DNA of 62,921 nt, filler included, from Rhabdomonas costata (lineage: Eukaryota), in NCBI GenBank assembly GCA_019059605.1. It is 28 parts of 28 records of this genome, joined end to end, with 100 filler letters (N's around TTAATTAATTAA, not from the genome) between each part and the next. Parts side by side here need not be neighbours in the genome. Positions count along the whole stretch, not along the records: positions 1 to 2,152 come from JAHMHO010005231.1; positions 2,253 to 4,404 come from JAHMHO010005232.1; positions 4,505 to 6,656 come from JAHMHO010005233.1; positions 6,757 to 8,908 come from JAHMHO010005234.1; positions 9,009 to 11,160 come from JAHMHO010005235.1; positions 11,261 to 13,413 come from JAHMHO010005236.1; positions 13,514 to 15,665 come from JAHMHO010005237.1; 21 more parts are not named here. One strand, written 5' to 3'. Every line of letters begins with the position of its first letter. Positions within the stretch are counted from its first letter, which is position 1. Below are positions 1-13,775 of this stretch, in pieces. The translations under genes and the position numbers were made by a program. The notes under the pieces were generated by a model. It did no database searches, was not told the origin of the DNA, and was given only the letters and a program-made list of their open reading frames with translations.

Positions 1-637
1 GGGGTTGGGGGACCAACTGTCCTCATCAAGCTAACAGGAATATCTTACCAAAGTGAGGGTGGTGAGGCGGGATAATGAAGGACAGTCAGGTCAGGTGTTG
101 CTGATGGAACTGCGCTGAAAGCCTGTCGTTGTTCGCTTTCTTCAGAGCAATGTGGATTGATGTGTAACTGCTGTGATAGTGAGACTCCTTGGGACCGGCA
201 TCAAGGTGTGCTCTCCGTGAGCGAAGAGTTACGTGTGAATGCTTTAATGTGCCGAAATTAAAATCGAAATTAAAATTGGGGCGACGCAATCACATTCATT
301 ATCAGCACACCCTCTGGGCCCTGTATGATTTATAATGTTCGTTTTATGGTTTGTGGGCATTCCTTTGATTAATTGGTTCTTACGGTGGAAGCGGTTTCCT
401 CGATGAAAGTTTGATGGTCTCCCAGAGGAAACTGGAGGGTGATGTAACGAGGCGCTGCCTATACATGAATTGTGTTTTTGATGAGGCCCCTGTCCATTCC
501 TTAAACCTCCGTTAGGATCTACTTAGATGACTGAGCCCCAGGCGGGGGATTGTAATTCCTCTGTGATAAAAACTGCGCCTGCTTCATGGCTCTCGGAAAC
601 CTCTCAATTACATTTGTATCTCTGATCGGCTTGTTTG

Positions 638-678
638 CACGCGCACGCACGCACGCACACACACACACACACACGCAC
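638..678. repeat. (GCAC)n/(AC)n microsatellite
   Basis: cacgcgcacgcacgcacgcacacacacacacacacacgcac read directly. Confidence 0.85.
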
Positions 679-744
679 TGAGGAGGGATAGATTCGGTAA
701 GTGCCTGGGTTCCTGAATGTCGTTCCGGCTCTGTTTTCTTGCAG

Positions 745-1481
745 TGGTGTGGGTGCCATCTGGACCCGGAGGCCCAGGCGGGCATTGGACCAAAGAGGAA
801 GGTCTCGTAGACGTCACGGCGGAGATGAAACCCACCATTGCCGACTTCGTCCGGAGGTCCACTCGCCATTACCCCTCCTGCGTAGACGTCAACTTGGACA
901 ACTTTGAAATCCACAGCGTACTTCGAAACCAAAATTTCGTGCTGCTCAAGGAGTACACCCACCGCCAGAGTATGATTCTGGAGAAGAAGGGCGACATCAT
1001 GCCCATCCCCCCACTGAGCCCCGCTGTGCAGCTGGCGTCACGAGGAGTTACGCTCCATGAGGGCTTGAACGAGGCTTACCTTTTCCACGGATGTGACGCC
1101 AGCAAGGTGCCTCAGCTCATTCATCAAGGTCTGGACTTCCGCCTGGCCCGCGAGGGGCTGTATGGCCGAGGCGTATATTTTGCCCAAGAAGCATGCAAGT
1201 CTTTGCAGTACGCCAGGGCTGCCAATGAAGCGGGACACCTTTGTCTTCTGTACTGCCGTGTCACCCTTGGGCTGGTGTACTACGCCACATGCCAGAGCAA
1301 GGAGCTTGCCCGCCCTCCGGAAACTGAGGTACAAGGCATTCTGCACGACAGCGTAGTGGCCAACCCAGGGATTCCGAACGGGGTTGGTGGAGTGGGCGGG
1401 AAGCAGATCCACCGGGAATTCATAGTGTTCGAGAACACCCAAATTCTTCCGGAGTACGTGATTTACTTCACGTACAAGTGA
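745..1481 (+). CDS. PARP (ARTD) catalytic domain, terminal exon
   Basis: Motifs NEAYLFHG, GLYGRGVYFA, CRVTLG, HDSVVA and REFIVFENTQILPEYVIYF give an H-Y-E triad with a tankyrase-like C-terminal strand. Acceptor ttttcttgcag ends at 744; possible short intron gtaagt 697-744; stop TGA at 1479-1481. Confidence 0.93.
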
Positions 1482-2152
1482 ACTAAACGCATTGCAGCGT
1501 AACTCCGACTATTGCCGCCTCTGCGGCTATCTTGAGTGTTTTCTCTTTTTCATAAGTGAATGTGTTTGGGGGTTTGCAGAGGCGCTGCTTTTGAGTTTCT
1601 GTCTTCTTGTCTTTTTCTCGCTACGGTTGCAGTTCATCCATCCCCTTTGTTTTGCTCTTGCTTTTGTTGCTTTGCTTTCATTCATGGCCTTCCAGCATAC
1701 ACCCAGACACACACACAGCGATCGTGGGGGGAAAACACGGCGTGCGTCAATGACCTCATGTGATCCTTTGAGGTTTCATTTTCGCTGAAATACCCCAGAA
1801 CTTTCCTTTTGTCGCTTCACACAGTACTGTCTGCACTGATTGCGTCACTGCTTTTTTGAACTCACTGATGATGGATCCACATGTCTGTTCTTCATACCAC
1901 ATCGCATGCGGTTGCCGATTGTCTTCTTGCAATTTAAGATCTCTTTCTCAGCGATAACATCCCTGGGAGGGCTTTGCAGCCATTGGGATCTCCGCTAGCG
2001 TTTGCACCACGACTTGCTTGCCTCTCGCAGCTTGCCGTGGTCATGCCTCTTGTACCGCGTCTCAACACCTGGCTCTCTTTTCTGCCCATTCACTTTTGTA
2101 TGGTTTATCTGGAGTTCCTGTTACCTGCTCCATCGCCCGAACACCGCTCAAC

Positions 2153-2252
2153 NNNNNNNNNNNNNNNNNNNNNNNNNNNNNNNNNNNNNNNNNNNNTTAA
2201 TTAATTAANNNNNNNNNNNNNNNNNNNNNNNNNNNNNNNNNNNNNNNNNNNN
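2153..2252. other. Artificial contig spacer (44 N + TTAATTAATTAA + 44 N), first of 27
   Basis: Identical 100-bp six-frame-stop linkers at 2153, 4405, 6657, 8909, 11161, 13414, 15666, 17917, 20168, 22420, 24671, 26922, 29173, 31424, 33672, 35923, 38174, 40425, 42675, 44925, 47175, 49424, 51672, 53923, 56174, 58424 and 60673. The intervening contigs are all about 2.15 kb. Confidence 0.99.
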
Positions 2253-2633
2253 CGAGGGGTGGTTGTGGCCAGGCTCTACCCGGCCCTCGGCGAAAGCGAG
2301 GCCAACCCGGGGGAAAGAAAGTCTCCTCACCTAGGTGAGTTGACAGCGCTCACAAAGCGAAAGCTTTGTCGGGAGGGACCACGGAGGGGAGCGGATCGAG
2401 TGGGCTACGCGGGGAAGTCGCAAGAGCCACGTAATTGGTCCGAGCCCGCCGTGCCGTCTGACATATGGTTGCAGAGGGCAACTGCCGGCGGCGGTGCTGC
2501 AAATGTAGATCCAGATGCTTAATGCGCACGACCGCCATTGACTGAGGGCTAAAAACCCGGCTATTCAACGGCAGCGCCGGAATGCTCATTTCACGTGTTT
2601 TTTTATACGAAATTCCCCACGAAGGAATCACAG

Positions 2634-2744
2634 GACGTTTTCATCGATGGGGAAGTTGCGGAAGAGATTCAAAAGGCGGCCGATACAATAGACTGGTCGG
2701 AGCGCACACGAACCGCGCACACTAAAGAAAAGCGGCGGGAGTAG
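2634..2744 (+). CDS. Probable terminal exon of an unknown protein
   Basis: Acceptor atcacag followed by DVFIDGEVAEEIQKAADTIDWSERTRTAHTKEKRRE*; no family recognised. Confidence 0.3.
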   Translation, partial: DVFIDGEVAEEIQKAADTIDWSERTRTAHTKEKRRE

Positions 2745-3310
2745 CCACAGGCACACCCACCCAACCACCCGCACACCACCACTTCGTGGCGGCGGTGGTG
2801 AGAAAGGACAAGCTTTTGCGTCTTGTTACTTGGGGGTGTGCTCGTTGGGAACTTCACCAAATCGTTACACCATTGCTGGAAGGTAATTTACACGCCAACG
2901 AATGGAATGGTTTTTGTAACAGCTGCTCGAAAGGCGCGAAAGGGCCGTTAATCGGCGATCAGAAAAGAAATTCCCACTACGATCAAACCCAACGAAACAA
3001 TTGCAACTGAGCAACTTTCCATATTAACATTTCAACCTCGCAAAACTGGGTTATCAGAGGCTTCTGACTGTGGGGTTTTGCCACGCCTCGTCAAAAGTTT
3101 CTATACCCTCTGCGCAGGGGTAAACCGCGACAAAGCACTTCCCGCGAGATACCAAGGGGATTTGCCAAGGCAACCACGCCAATCATTGCAAAAACAAAAC
3201 GATCGTGAGAGTGTGAATTTCACACCCCAATTCGTGTATTTAAATTTAGGTATTGGGGGTTATGTGACGACTTGCTTGCGGGGGCAGGGCTACGTCGACC
3301 GTCTCCTGGT

Positions 3311-4025
3311 CTACTTCGTGATAGGCTTCGTGAGGAACTCCTCGACGGCGGCCTTGTCCGCCAGGGCCTCCTCGGAAAGCCTGGGCGCGTCGGCCGGAGA
3401 CACGCCCCCCTCACAGCGGAACAGTGTGGGGATCTTCTCCAGCTTGATCCTAGGGTCCACTCGATACTGGTTCTTCTGGTCTTTCCACGCCGAGCGGCTG
3501 CCAACGGAGACCTACGTGCGGGAAAGAGGGGGAAATCACCAACGCAAGTGAGGAGGGCTAGGTCGCGATGACTACGTGAAGTGGCCCCTCGCTCCCCATT
3601 GCACTTTGCCAGGTCGTAGGGGTTACTGGAATTCTGGATTTCTGGATTTCTCAGGCCGGACAGATGAAGCAGAGCCCAACGAAACAGAAAGCAGACCTGT
3701 ACTCAACCAGAAGCAAAATGAACAAGCACAGATCATCTTGCCCCCCCACAACTGCTTGCGCGAATGCGTTTTAAATGGAGATAAAGACGTGTGTGTGTGT
3801 GTGGGGGGGGGCGAATAAGACCTCGTATAAGGGCCACTCCGGGCGGGCTTTGCGGGCTCCAGCGCGGGCACCGGGGCAGGCGATGACGCAGTCAGGGCAC
3901 CACGACTCCCCAGTCTTGGGGTCCTCCGTGCCGAAGAATAGGAACAGCGCCGGCTGCTTGGACTGCGCGTGCTGATCCAGGGCCTCGGTGAGCTCCTGGG
4001 GGGTGGTAAGCCTCTTGACGGGCAT
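3311..4025 (-). CDS. TXNDC17: Thioredoxin domain-containing protein 17 (TRP14/DUF953), complete, 2 exons, about 134 aa
   Basis: Exon 1 4025-3822 (MPVKRL...FFGTEDPKTGESWCPDCVIA...LYE), GT-AG intron 3821-3512, exon 2 3511-3311 (VSVGSRSAWKDQKNQYRVDPRIKLEKIPTL...TK*). The WCPDC active site and VG.R..WKD..N.YR motif are typical of TRP14; the phase-0 join is in frame. Confidence 0.93.
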
Positions 4026-5709
4026 CCCGAAAAGTGGGCAGTTGGTCAGAAGAAACGCTGTGGAAGCGAAGGTCGGAATTCAGCTGCACAAATACCACCG
4101 AAAATTTAAAAGGCCAAAAACTACAAGACAGTTGGGATTGCCGTTGAGACTTTGCGGGGAGTGGGGTTGGTGGCGATGCACATTGTGAGAAAGAAACGAT
4201 AGAAACGGGGCAGCTTTAATGTGGTGTATGGCATTACGGACGGAGAAAGGAAAGTCGGAAACCAAGATTGAGGCCACAGGCGGCATTCTCTCCTCCACCA
4301 ACGAAAGCACTGCGTCAGGTTTCACGAAACACCCCCAAAGATACTACTGGTGCTCTCGGTTTCAGCACTGAAACGAAGAAACTGGCAAGAGATGACAACA
4401 AACANNNNNNNNNNNNNNNNNNNNNNNNNNNNNNNNNNNNNNNNNNNNTTAATTAATTAANNNNNNNNNNNNNNNNNNNNNNNNNNNNNNNNNNNNNNNN
4501 NNNNGAGTGGTTTTCCTGCCTCAACGGCAGGAAAAAAACTTCAACAAACCTGCATAAAAAAGGCATTTCTTATCCTCAGAACTCACCAGTGACTGGGATA
4601 TGGCCTGACGACTACAACCGCATTCGTTTACGGGGCGAGCCAGCCAAGCGGCTACTAACCATTACCAGTGGTTAACGCCCCCCCCCCCCAAATTCCGTTG
4701 CACCCATCAACACTTTGCAAGGCGGAACAAACCAAACACAGAATCTCTTGGAACATCACCCTGAACTCACCAGCACAGTGCAGGTGCAACGTATTAGGAA
4801 ACAATACAACAGAACACGATCGGTCATCATTTGACCGGGGCTCTTCTTGAGCTGCAAGATCGCAGAATGCTATGTGGCCACATTAAGCTACGGAGCAGAA
4901 GCTGTCTTTAGGAGAGGCAGGCGAAAGGTTGGGCAAATGGATAAAGGAGCAAGAGTTTTACACGTGATCCTCAGAAGCTGTTACAATTGCAGAAAGAGCC
5001 CAGGGTAAGAAGAGCGAAAAAACCGTCTGAACTGAAACTCGTCCAGCAGTGCAGTTTTACAAGCACATCCAACACAGTCCTTCTTCCTGCAATCCGATGT
5101 GCAGTTTATTTGTTAGAGGGCAACTTCAACGGATAAGGTGCATCCCGAGCATTCGTTAACACAGTCAGTTAACCAGACTAAAAAGCTTGACATGTGACCC
5201 CACCACAGCACTATCTGCGGGGTGGGCCACCTAGCGCCGCAGTGCGTTGTGCGGTGTAACTGAGAGCGAGCTTTGTACGGGTCGTTCACAGTGAAAGCCG
5301 ATGCTAAGAAATACAAGGAACAATAGAACTCGTATTCTCACACGTGAAGCCTCAATTTTGTAAGCAACCCGTCACTTTTCGGGATGCTGCCCATTATGCG
5401 GTTTCGTTGAAGAAGTTCTGTGAATGCATAATTGCTTCCTTACAGAGAGGTCGATGCACATGGAATTAATTCTGAACCTTTTTACTGAAACGTCCAACAG
5501 AACCGCTGATCCCACGGCGAGTGAATAATTGGGTGGCGGTCAGTGAGCGGTGGGGTTATTTTACGGGCCAAGCAGTCTAACGTTTGTACCACACCGCATA
5601 GGCCCCTCGCCCCGCTCTTGTGTCTTCACCACACTTGTGAATTCCCAGACAATCTCATGTACATGCATGTCGAGCGGTAGACAGTGGGATGGGGGTGGAT
5701 GGGATCTGG

Positions 5710-5995
5710 TCAGGATTGGTTCTCCGCAGGAAACATCATGACTACGCTGGTGCCCGGCCGAGCTGCCCTCATGGACTCCCGCACGAGCTTGGCCTCCTCC
5801 GCAGCGACCTCCCTCCTCAGCCACTGCAGCCTCTTCCTCTGCTTCTGCTCTGCAGAGGTTTCCGCTCCTCCATGACCGTCACCCTGACCTGGCAGCTCAG
5901 AGGCAGCTCCGGCAGTCTCGCCAAGGTCATGCTCGAGAACCCGCATCTCCCGAGAGAGCTGGGCCAGCCGGGCCGATCCCATCATCACCGCAATG
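5710..5995 (-). CDS. Probable exon of an unknown coiled-coil protein
   Basis: GC-rich coding-like stretch after an AG acceptor: ...ARLAQLSREMRVLEHDL...EQKQRKRLQWLRREVAAEEAKLVRESM... Confidence 0.4.
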
Positions 5996-6844
5996 CTGAG
6001 GCAATGGGACGAGAGAGTCATGAGAGCCATCTGGCAAAGCCAGCTAAACATACTCAAAATGCATCGATCGAGAGGGCTATGGATCACCAGCCTCCCAGAG
6101 TTTCGTGGTGGGTGAATAAACATCCTGGTATGACTTCAATCTTACCCTCGTCTCACCCTCAGGTGAGGTGATGGATTCGGGAAACTTTTTTTGGGGTGGA
6201 TCTTTTGGCGTGTCCCTTCGAGTGGCATTGCTCACGTTTATGAGCGGAGGTCAGAGCCATGGCAATGGCTACGGGGGTGAACGGCAGTGGATACAGGGGA
6301 TGCATCCACAGCAACTTTTCAAAACGACTAGTGAATATTGATAACTCGTAAAAGGACCGCGCATCCCCGCGAAAAATCCAATTCAAAAAAAGGATTGAAT
6401 GAAATGATGATGGGGTGTAAAATTAATTCAGCTTAACGGATTCTGAGTTGAGGTACACGTTTAACCGCCTTCACGTCCCTCGCACATGCAGCAGCTCTCG
6501 TTCGAAGAACGGCCACCCGTGTTCAACCACGCTGCACAAAAAAACTGCACAGATCATCAAATCCTAAAAAAAAAAACAGTGCACAACAAAACACACACGC
6601 GCACACCAGCTTCTGGGCATGTTGGGTGTAGCCCCAGCAGCGCTCCCCCCCACAACNNNNNNNNNNNNNNNNNNNNNNNNNNNNNNNNNNNNNNNNNNNN
6701 TTAATTAATTAANNNNNNNNNNNNNNNNNNNNNNNNNNNNNNNNNNNNNNNNNNNNAATGGGGGGGGGGGGGCAGACACTTGGTACCCCATTCAAAGCGT
6801 CAGTTTGCGTATAGTTAAGATAAAATAGAGCCAAAGAAATACAC

Positions 6845-8771
6845 CTTGAGCAAGGTCAGCGTTGACCTTGGCCACGCCCTGAGGGGAGAGAAGCTGCAGT
6901 AACTCCGCCTCCTCCGCACTCAGAGCTCTCCCGATGCCCGCAGCAAAAACCTCCTCAAGAATCATACCCCCGGGCAAGATCAAGGAAAAATGACACGGAG
7001 GGGAAAACCGAGAAACCCCCCTTCCCAGAAATCGCTTGTAACGCAAGGACCTGGGAAGAGTATTGAGTTTGTGTTGTTTGTGATGGTTCGAACACATCTG
7101 TGAGGATGTTGGCGAATTCACACTTCCGAGGAGCTAGTTATTTTGGCTTAACGGGAAAGACGTTGAGTTAGAGACACGAAAATGAAGTTGTGGTGTCAGG
7201 GAGCAGAAAATCAGCATGGATTTCTGTTATTTGCATCGCGAGCGACGCGAGGGCACCAACAGAGCGGAGATCACGGCAGACAAAGCCAAAGAAAACGCAA
7301 CGAACGGAATGTGAGTGGTGTTTTACAAAAAAAAAGATTGAAAACATATACCTGAAAACAAACACGTACACTAGCCGCCACTAGCACAAGCGCGCATGGG
7401 TATTTAGAGGGGGGCGTAAGGCGCAATGTGGGGCAAGGAACCGCGGCCGCAGCCGCGGAGGAGGGGAAGCAGGAGTGCAAAGAGCGAGACGGTCCCACCC
7501 ACAAAAAGGTGGGCATCCTGCACGAGCACCCGACAAGAAAGAAAAAAGGGAGGAACTACGACCAGCGAAGAAAGAAGCCAAGGGTCCCAGATCCATCCTG
7601 CACACACAGATCAGATGTCATGTTCACGGGGACAAGGTGTTGTGACAAACTGTGGAAACCCAAAGCGGGTTTGCGGGGTGTGGCCAGGAAAAGTAACAAC
7701 GGAAACGCTGAACAGAACCACATCGGCGGGGTACCAGCTCAAGGCTAGCTCACTGAAAACACAACAGGAACGCATACCACAGGCGCAGACACGGCGAGAA
7801 GCCTTTGAGAAGCAACTCTCATGTCAAAAATCCTTGGGCAAAACACGCGTGCGCAGCAAGGCGAAGCAGCACAATACAGAAGCCATGGCTGAGGGGAGTG
7901 CTGGGCCAGAGCTGCACACACACAGAACTGTCCGAATGAAAAGCACGGCAAACAAGCACGACCAAGCAGAGTGCCCAAAGCCCACGTGTAGATAAACCTC
8001 AGGGAGGTCAAAGCCCGAAAGGGCGGAGGTTGCTTCTGGTTTGGGAGATTACCTGCCAGAGCAGGCGAAATCAAAAGAACGCGGGCTGAACGTACGACGA
8101 TTGTCTATACACGCAGTTTGTGATTGTGTTTCCAATGTGGACTGAGTATATAGGGCGGGCCAGAAGGGTCAGAAGTCCAGGGTTGCCCGCTGGGCTGGGT
8201 GTTGGCAAGGACCCAGATTCCCTGTCACCACCCTGACGAGGTTCAATATCCATCCTCTACGCGCTCGTCACGCGGCGCAGCTACATCGTCCACATTAGCG
8301 CAATGCTTTAATGACCACGTGTTGCACGAAAAAGGTAAAGCACTCAAAAGGAGAAAATCGAAAGAAAAAGCAAGGAAGGGACCAGAGCGGATTTTCATGG
8401 ATGCAACAACAACCACAAAGACGATAAGTCCAAGGGGAAAAAGCCTACAAATCAATACGTGCGGCTCTCCACCAGACGGAGGACAAACCCAGTGGCACGA
8501 GAAGGGTGTATGACCCAAGCACACGGTGCTGCAAAAGCCTTATTGCATTAAACCGGGTGCTTGGACGCCCTTACTCTCGGGCTGGGGTTGCCCAGGGGAG
8601 GGGCGACGATGGCACGCGAACAGCCGCACCAGCAGCGCGGAAACCCTCGATGCCCTTTCCACACTGTGCCCGGAGGGCTTTCTGGGAAAACCTTGTCTCG
8701 GTCTTGCTGGAGCGAAGGCGCTGGCACGAGGAAGACACCGGAGCGTGGCCAAAAGGGCTGCGAGGTTGTCC
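6845..8771 (-). CDS. Several short exons of an unidentified multi-exon gene
   Basis: Coding-like blocks with flanking AG/GT near 8692-8771 (DNLAALLATLRCL), about 7445-7517 (DAHLFVGGTVSLFALLLPLL) and about 6845-6953 (EVFAAGIGRALSAEEAELLQLL). The exon structure is unresolved. Confidence 0.3.
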
Positions 8772-10599
8772 CTGCACGATGAACGGGTCAACGAAGCACA
8801 AGAGAGCGAAGCTCACTCCTCCTAGCATTCTCGCAATTGCTTTTCCGTTGTCCAAGAAGCGCATTCCCAAGTCCTCATGCTGGCAGATCGATTTGTTCCA
8901 ACCAACAANNNNNNNNNNNNNNNNNNNNNNNNNNNNNNNNNNNNNNNNNNNNTTAATTAATTAANNNNNNNNNNNNNNNNNNNNNNNNNNNNNNNNNNNN
9001 NNNNNNNNGTGTGGGGTTTAGGGGAATTTTTTCGGTTGAATCCGCGCTTATGCTTCATCTTTGAAGCGAATTGTGAATGCTGTAACCGGCTGTTTGTGGA
9101 GAAGGACACGTGAAGGTCGGGTTTAAACCCAGCCATTGGTTGCGCGGTTCTGGTAACCTATTTTGCATAAAAACACTCCCCAGAATACGTCCTGAAATCT
9201 CACGTCTTGGCACTTGGGGTAGCAGGAGTAACGAACGATAACTGCCTCTTGTCACACTGCAAGAACAAGATCAGGTTCAAAAAGGCGCAGGGAAAGACGC
9301 TTTGAATAAAGTATACAGCGATAATGCTTACCACAGTCACAGTTTTTCACAGTACTTGACGCAACTGTAAGGCAAAAAAAGCACCCCGACACACTTCCAA
9401 ATGTTTTGCGCCTGTCTAAGGCGTCTCCGAGGCGAGCGTCACCGTACTCCACCTCCGACTCTGCGGATCGACAGAAAAACCCTCACGCCACAAAGTAACA
9501 GCTCCGCAAAGTTTCAGAATGGGAGAAAAGCATCGGGACAAACACATACAGAGATAGAATACAGAGAATTTTCCTCTGCTCTTCTATTCCCTCCATTATC
9601 CCCTTCCATCTTCCACTGTCCACTGTTCTTCGGTGTTGCACCGGACTTACGACAATGAACGTGGCGTGTTTTTGTTCAGTTGCAAACAGATACCGCCCCA
9701 CCAGAAAAAAAACGCAGACCTGGGACTACGCCGTCCTCCGTGCCCCAGAAACCTATGCACAAACGTACGCCACAACGAATGCGCAGGAAAAGGAATATCT
9801 CCGGGACTAAGTTAGGGAGGGAGGGGTGAGGTTAGAAATTCTCCCCACGTCACCACCCGCGGGAAGTTTTTCTTCTTTGCCGTATAGACAGTTGTATTGT
9901 CGTGGTTCTGCAAAAAAATCACCATTTGCGTCGAAAATGTGACAATGATGTCAGAATGTTGACGTGTGCTGAAACAGTCCATCCGTCTGCAATTGCAATG
10001 TTCGGCCACGTAATATCACAGCTGATGCAGTTACATTCACTACTCCACACCTCCACGGCACCCCCCCCCCAGACCTTCACTCCCGAATTCCCGCGACTCA
10101 GCTCAGAAAACAAAAAAGCTCATGACGGTAACATACTGCAGAGTATACTCCCCCCCCGAAAAAAAAGCAATGACTGGGAAATGGAGATGAGGGCAGTCCT
10201 TACCTGAGGGAAGCCATGGGTTGGTTGGGCTGTAGCGCTGCATTATGAAGTTGGGTCGAAGAGAGAAGGGGAAGAGAGCAGAAAGACAATCCCTACAGTT
10301 TGGAAACTGTGCACCATCGAGCACATCCAAAAAAGCCGTCTTTTGGGGAAACGGCAGAAGAAGACGCGTCTTTGTACATGTAATCAGCCTGCGTGCACGA
10401 ACAATAAGTTGTTCTGCGAGGGGAGGAGGTCTTCCAGTGGCCCCAGCACAGCGTCAACTGGAGCAAATCATGGGGGGTTACCCCACAGGGAATAAAGTTC
10501 GTGCAAAACCACTACTTCGGCGCAGTTTTGCTCCATCACTGGGCATCCACACACATCGATCCCCCACCTATGCCTGAGATGATGTCACATCCGAGGGAA

Positions 10600-10951
10600 A
10601 GACGGTGGCACATCCGTGCTGCATGACGGTTCGGAATTGGGTGAAATGTTTTTTTCGGTTTGCCGTTACTGGCACTGTTGGGGCTACTACTGGGGCAGTT
10701 TTATCAGGCTTTTCGGGGACCCATATGCCTGGCAGTTCATCAGCGGATTGGGTTTCTAGGTGAGATGTACGTACGCACTTTAAATAGCAGGAAAGTGTGC
10801 GGGAGAAGGCGCTAGAGGTGTCGTTACCCTTCACGTGGCGGATCAGTGATACCTCCTCGTCCATCTCTCTCTACCCTCTCCCCAGTCTCCCTTCCTCTTC
10901 ACATAAAGGAGGATTTGAGGCTGTACAGGGCGATCTCCTTCAGGTGTACAT
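10600..10951 (-). CDS. Short exons of an unidentified gene
   Basis: DVHLKEIALYSLKSSF (10951-10903), EMDEEVSLIRHVK (10868-10828) and ETQSADELPGIWVPEKP... join in frame with GT-AG boundaries. Confidence 0.3.
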
Positions 10952-11308
10952 CTTGATTGAGAAGCACGCAACCAAAAAACAGAACGAGTGCACCAACACT
11001 GAAAGCCAACACAAATACAGTACCCGAGTAGTACAGGGCGGGTATCCCGCAGACAGGAGTACTTCCGCACCCCTCGACTGGTAATTCTCCTCGGTTGGAA
11101 ATTTAAGCAGCAGCAAAGTACAGAAAGGCTTCGACAAAAAAACCCAAACACACCCACCACNNNNNNNNNNNNNNNNNNNNNNNNNNNNNNNNNNNNNNNN
11201 NNNNTTAATTAATTAANNNNNNNNNNNNNNNNNNNNNNNNNNNNNNNNNNNNNNNNNNNNTTTTTTTTGGGTTTTGGAGGTGGATTTGCATGAGATCTTT
11301 GGGTCCGG

Positions 11309-13102
<1,794 letters not shown>

Positions 13103-13775
13103 TGAACTGATTTTCTCTTTAGAATTGCTCTTCCGTCCCAGCAGCACGTTGTTTGTTGACCAGCGCATCAGCATTTTTTTGTCCCGGCTTCCCCCTTTCT
13201 GTCCTTGGCTTGCCTTCCTTTTTGTCCTTGCCATTGGCGAGGCCTTGGTCAGCATTAGTTCTCATTCATTCAAGCAAAAATATTCATCTAAGGGGCACTG
13301 GCAAGGTTACTAAGGTCAATTTTGAGAGCGCTGGAGTCCTCTGCGCGACCGTTCCCAGTTGCAAAAATCAGTTTTCTGTTTCCACCCACCACACCAAACA
13401 CACCCCCAACACANNNNNNNNNNNNNNNNNNNNNNNNNNNNNNNNNNNNNNNNNNNNTTAATTAATTAANNNNNNNNNNNNNNNNNNNNNNNNNNNNNNN
13501 NNNNNNNNNNNNNGGTTTGGTGGGCACACACACCGTCTCGGTTCGTTTCGGCTCAAAAAGTGGTATAAAAAAACACGGAAACATGAGAAAGCGGAAGGAG
13601 GCACATCGCGAGCATCCACCAACTTTGGGCGGGTCGTTTTAGTCACAAGGTTTTAAACAAAGGACCACCGCAGCGACAGAACCAAACGTTCACTGTCGCT
13701 GAGAAGAGGTGCGCAACAAATCAATGAAGCGGGAGTCTCCCCTCTCCCCCTTGAAAACGGCAACATTATGTTGCT

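Noticed and set aside
1528..1558. Spliced-leader-like sequence (ttgagtgttttctcttttt)
   Set aside because: Only a loose resemblance within a pyrimidine-rich 3' UTR, with no SL RNA donor or Sm-site context.
6960..7535. Non-canonical CGG splice acceptors after pyrimidine tracts (also near 11308)
   Set aside because: Nearby AG acceptors (gtgcag, cttgag, catgag) explain the exons, and there is no homology anchor forcing CGG.
6845..7535. Dynein heavy chain assignment from VLVQDAHL
   Set aside because: The match is too short, part of it is probably intronic, and the other exons do not corroborate it.
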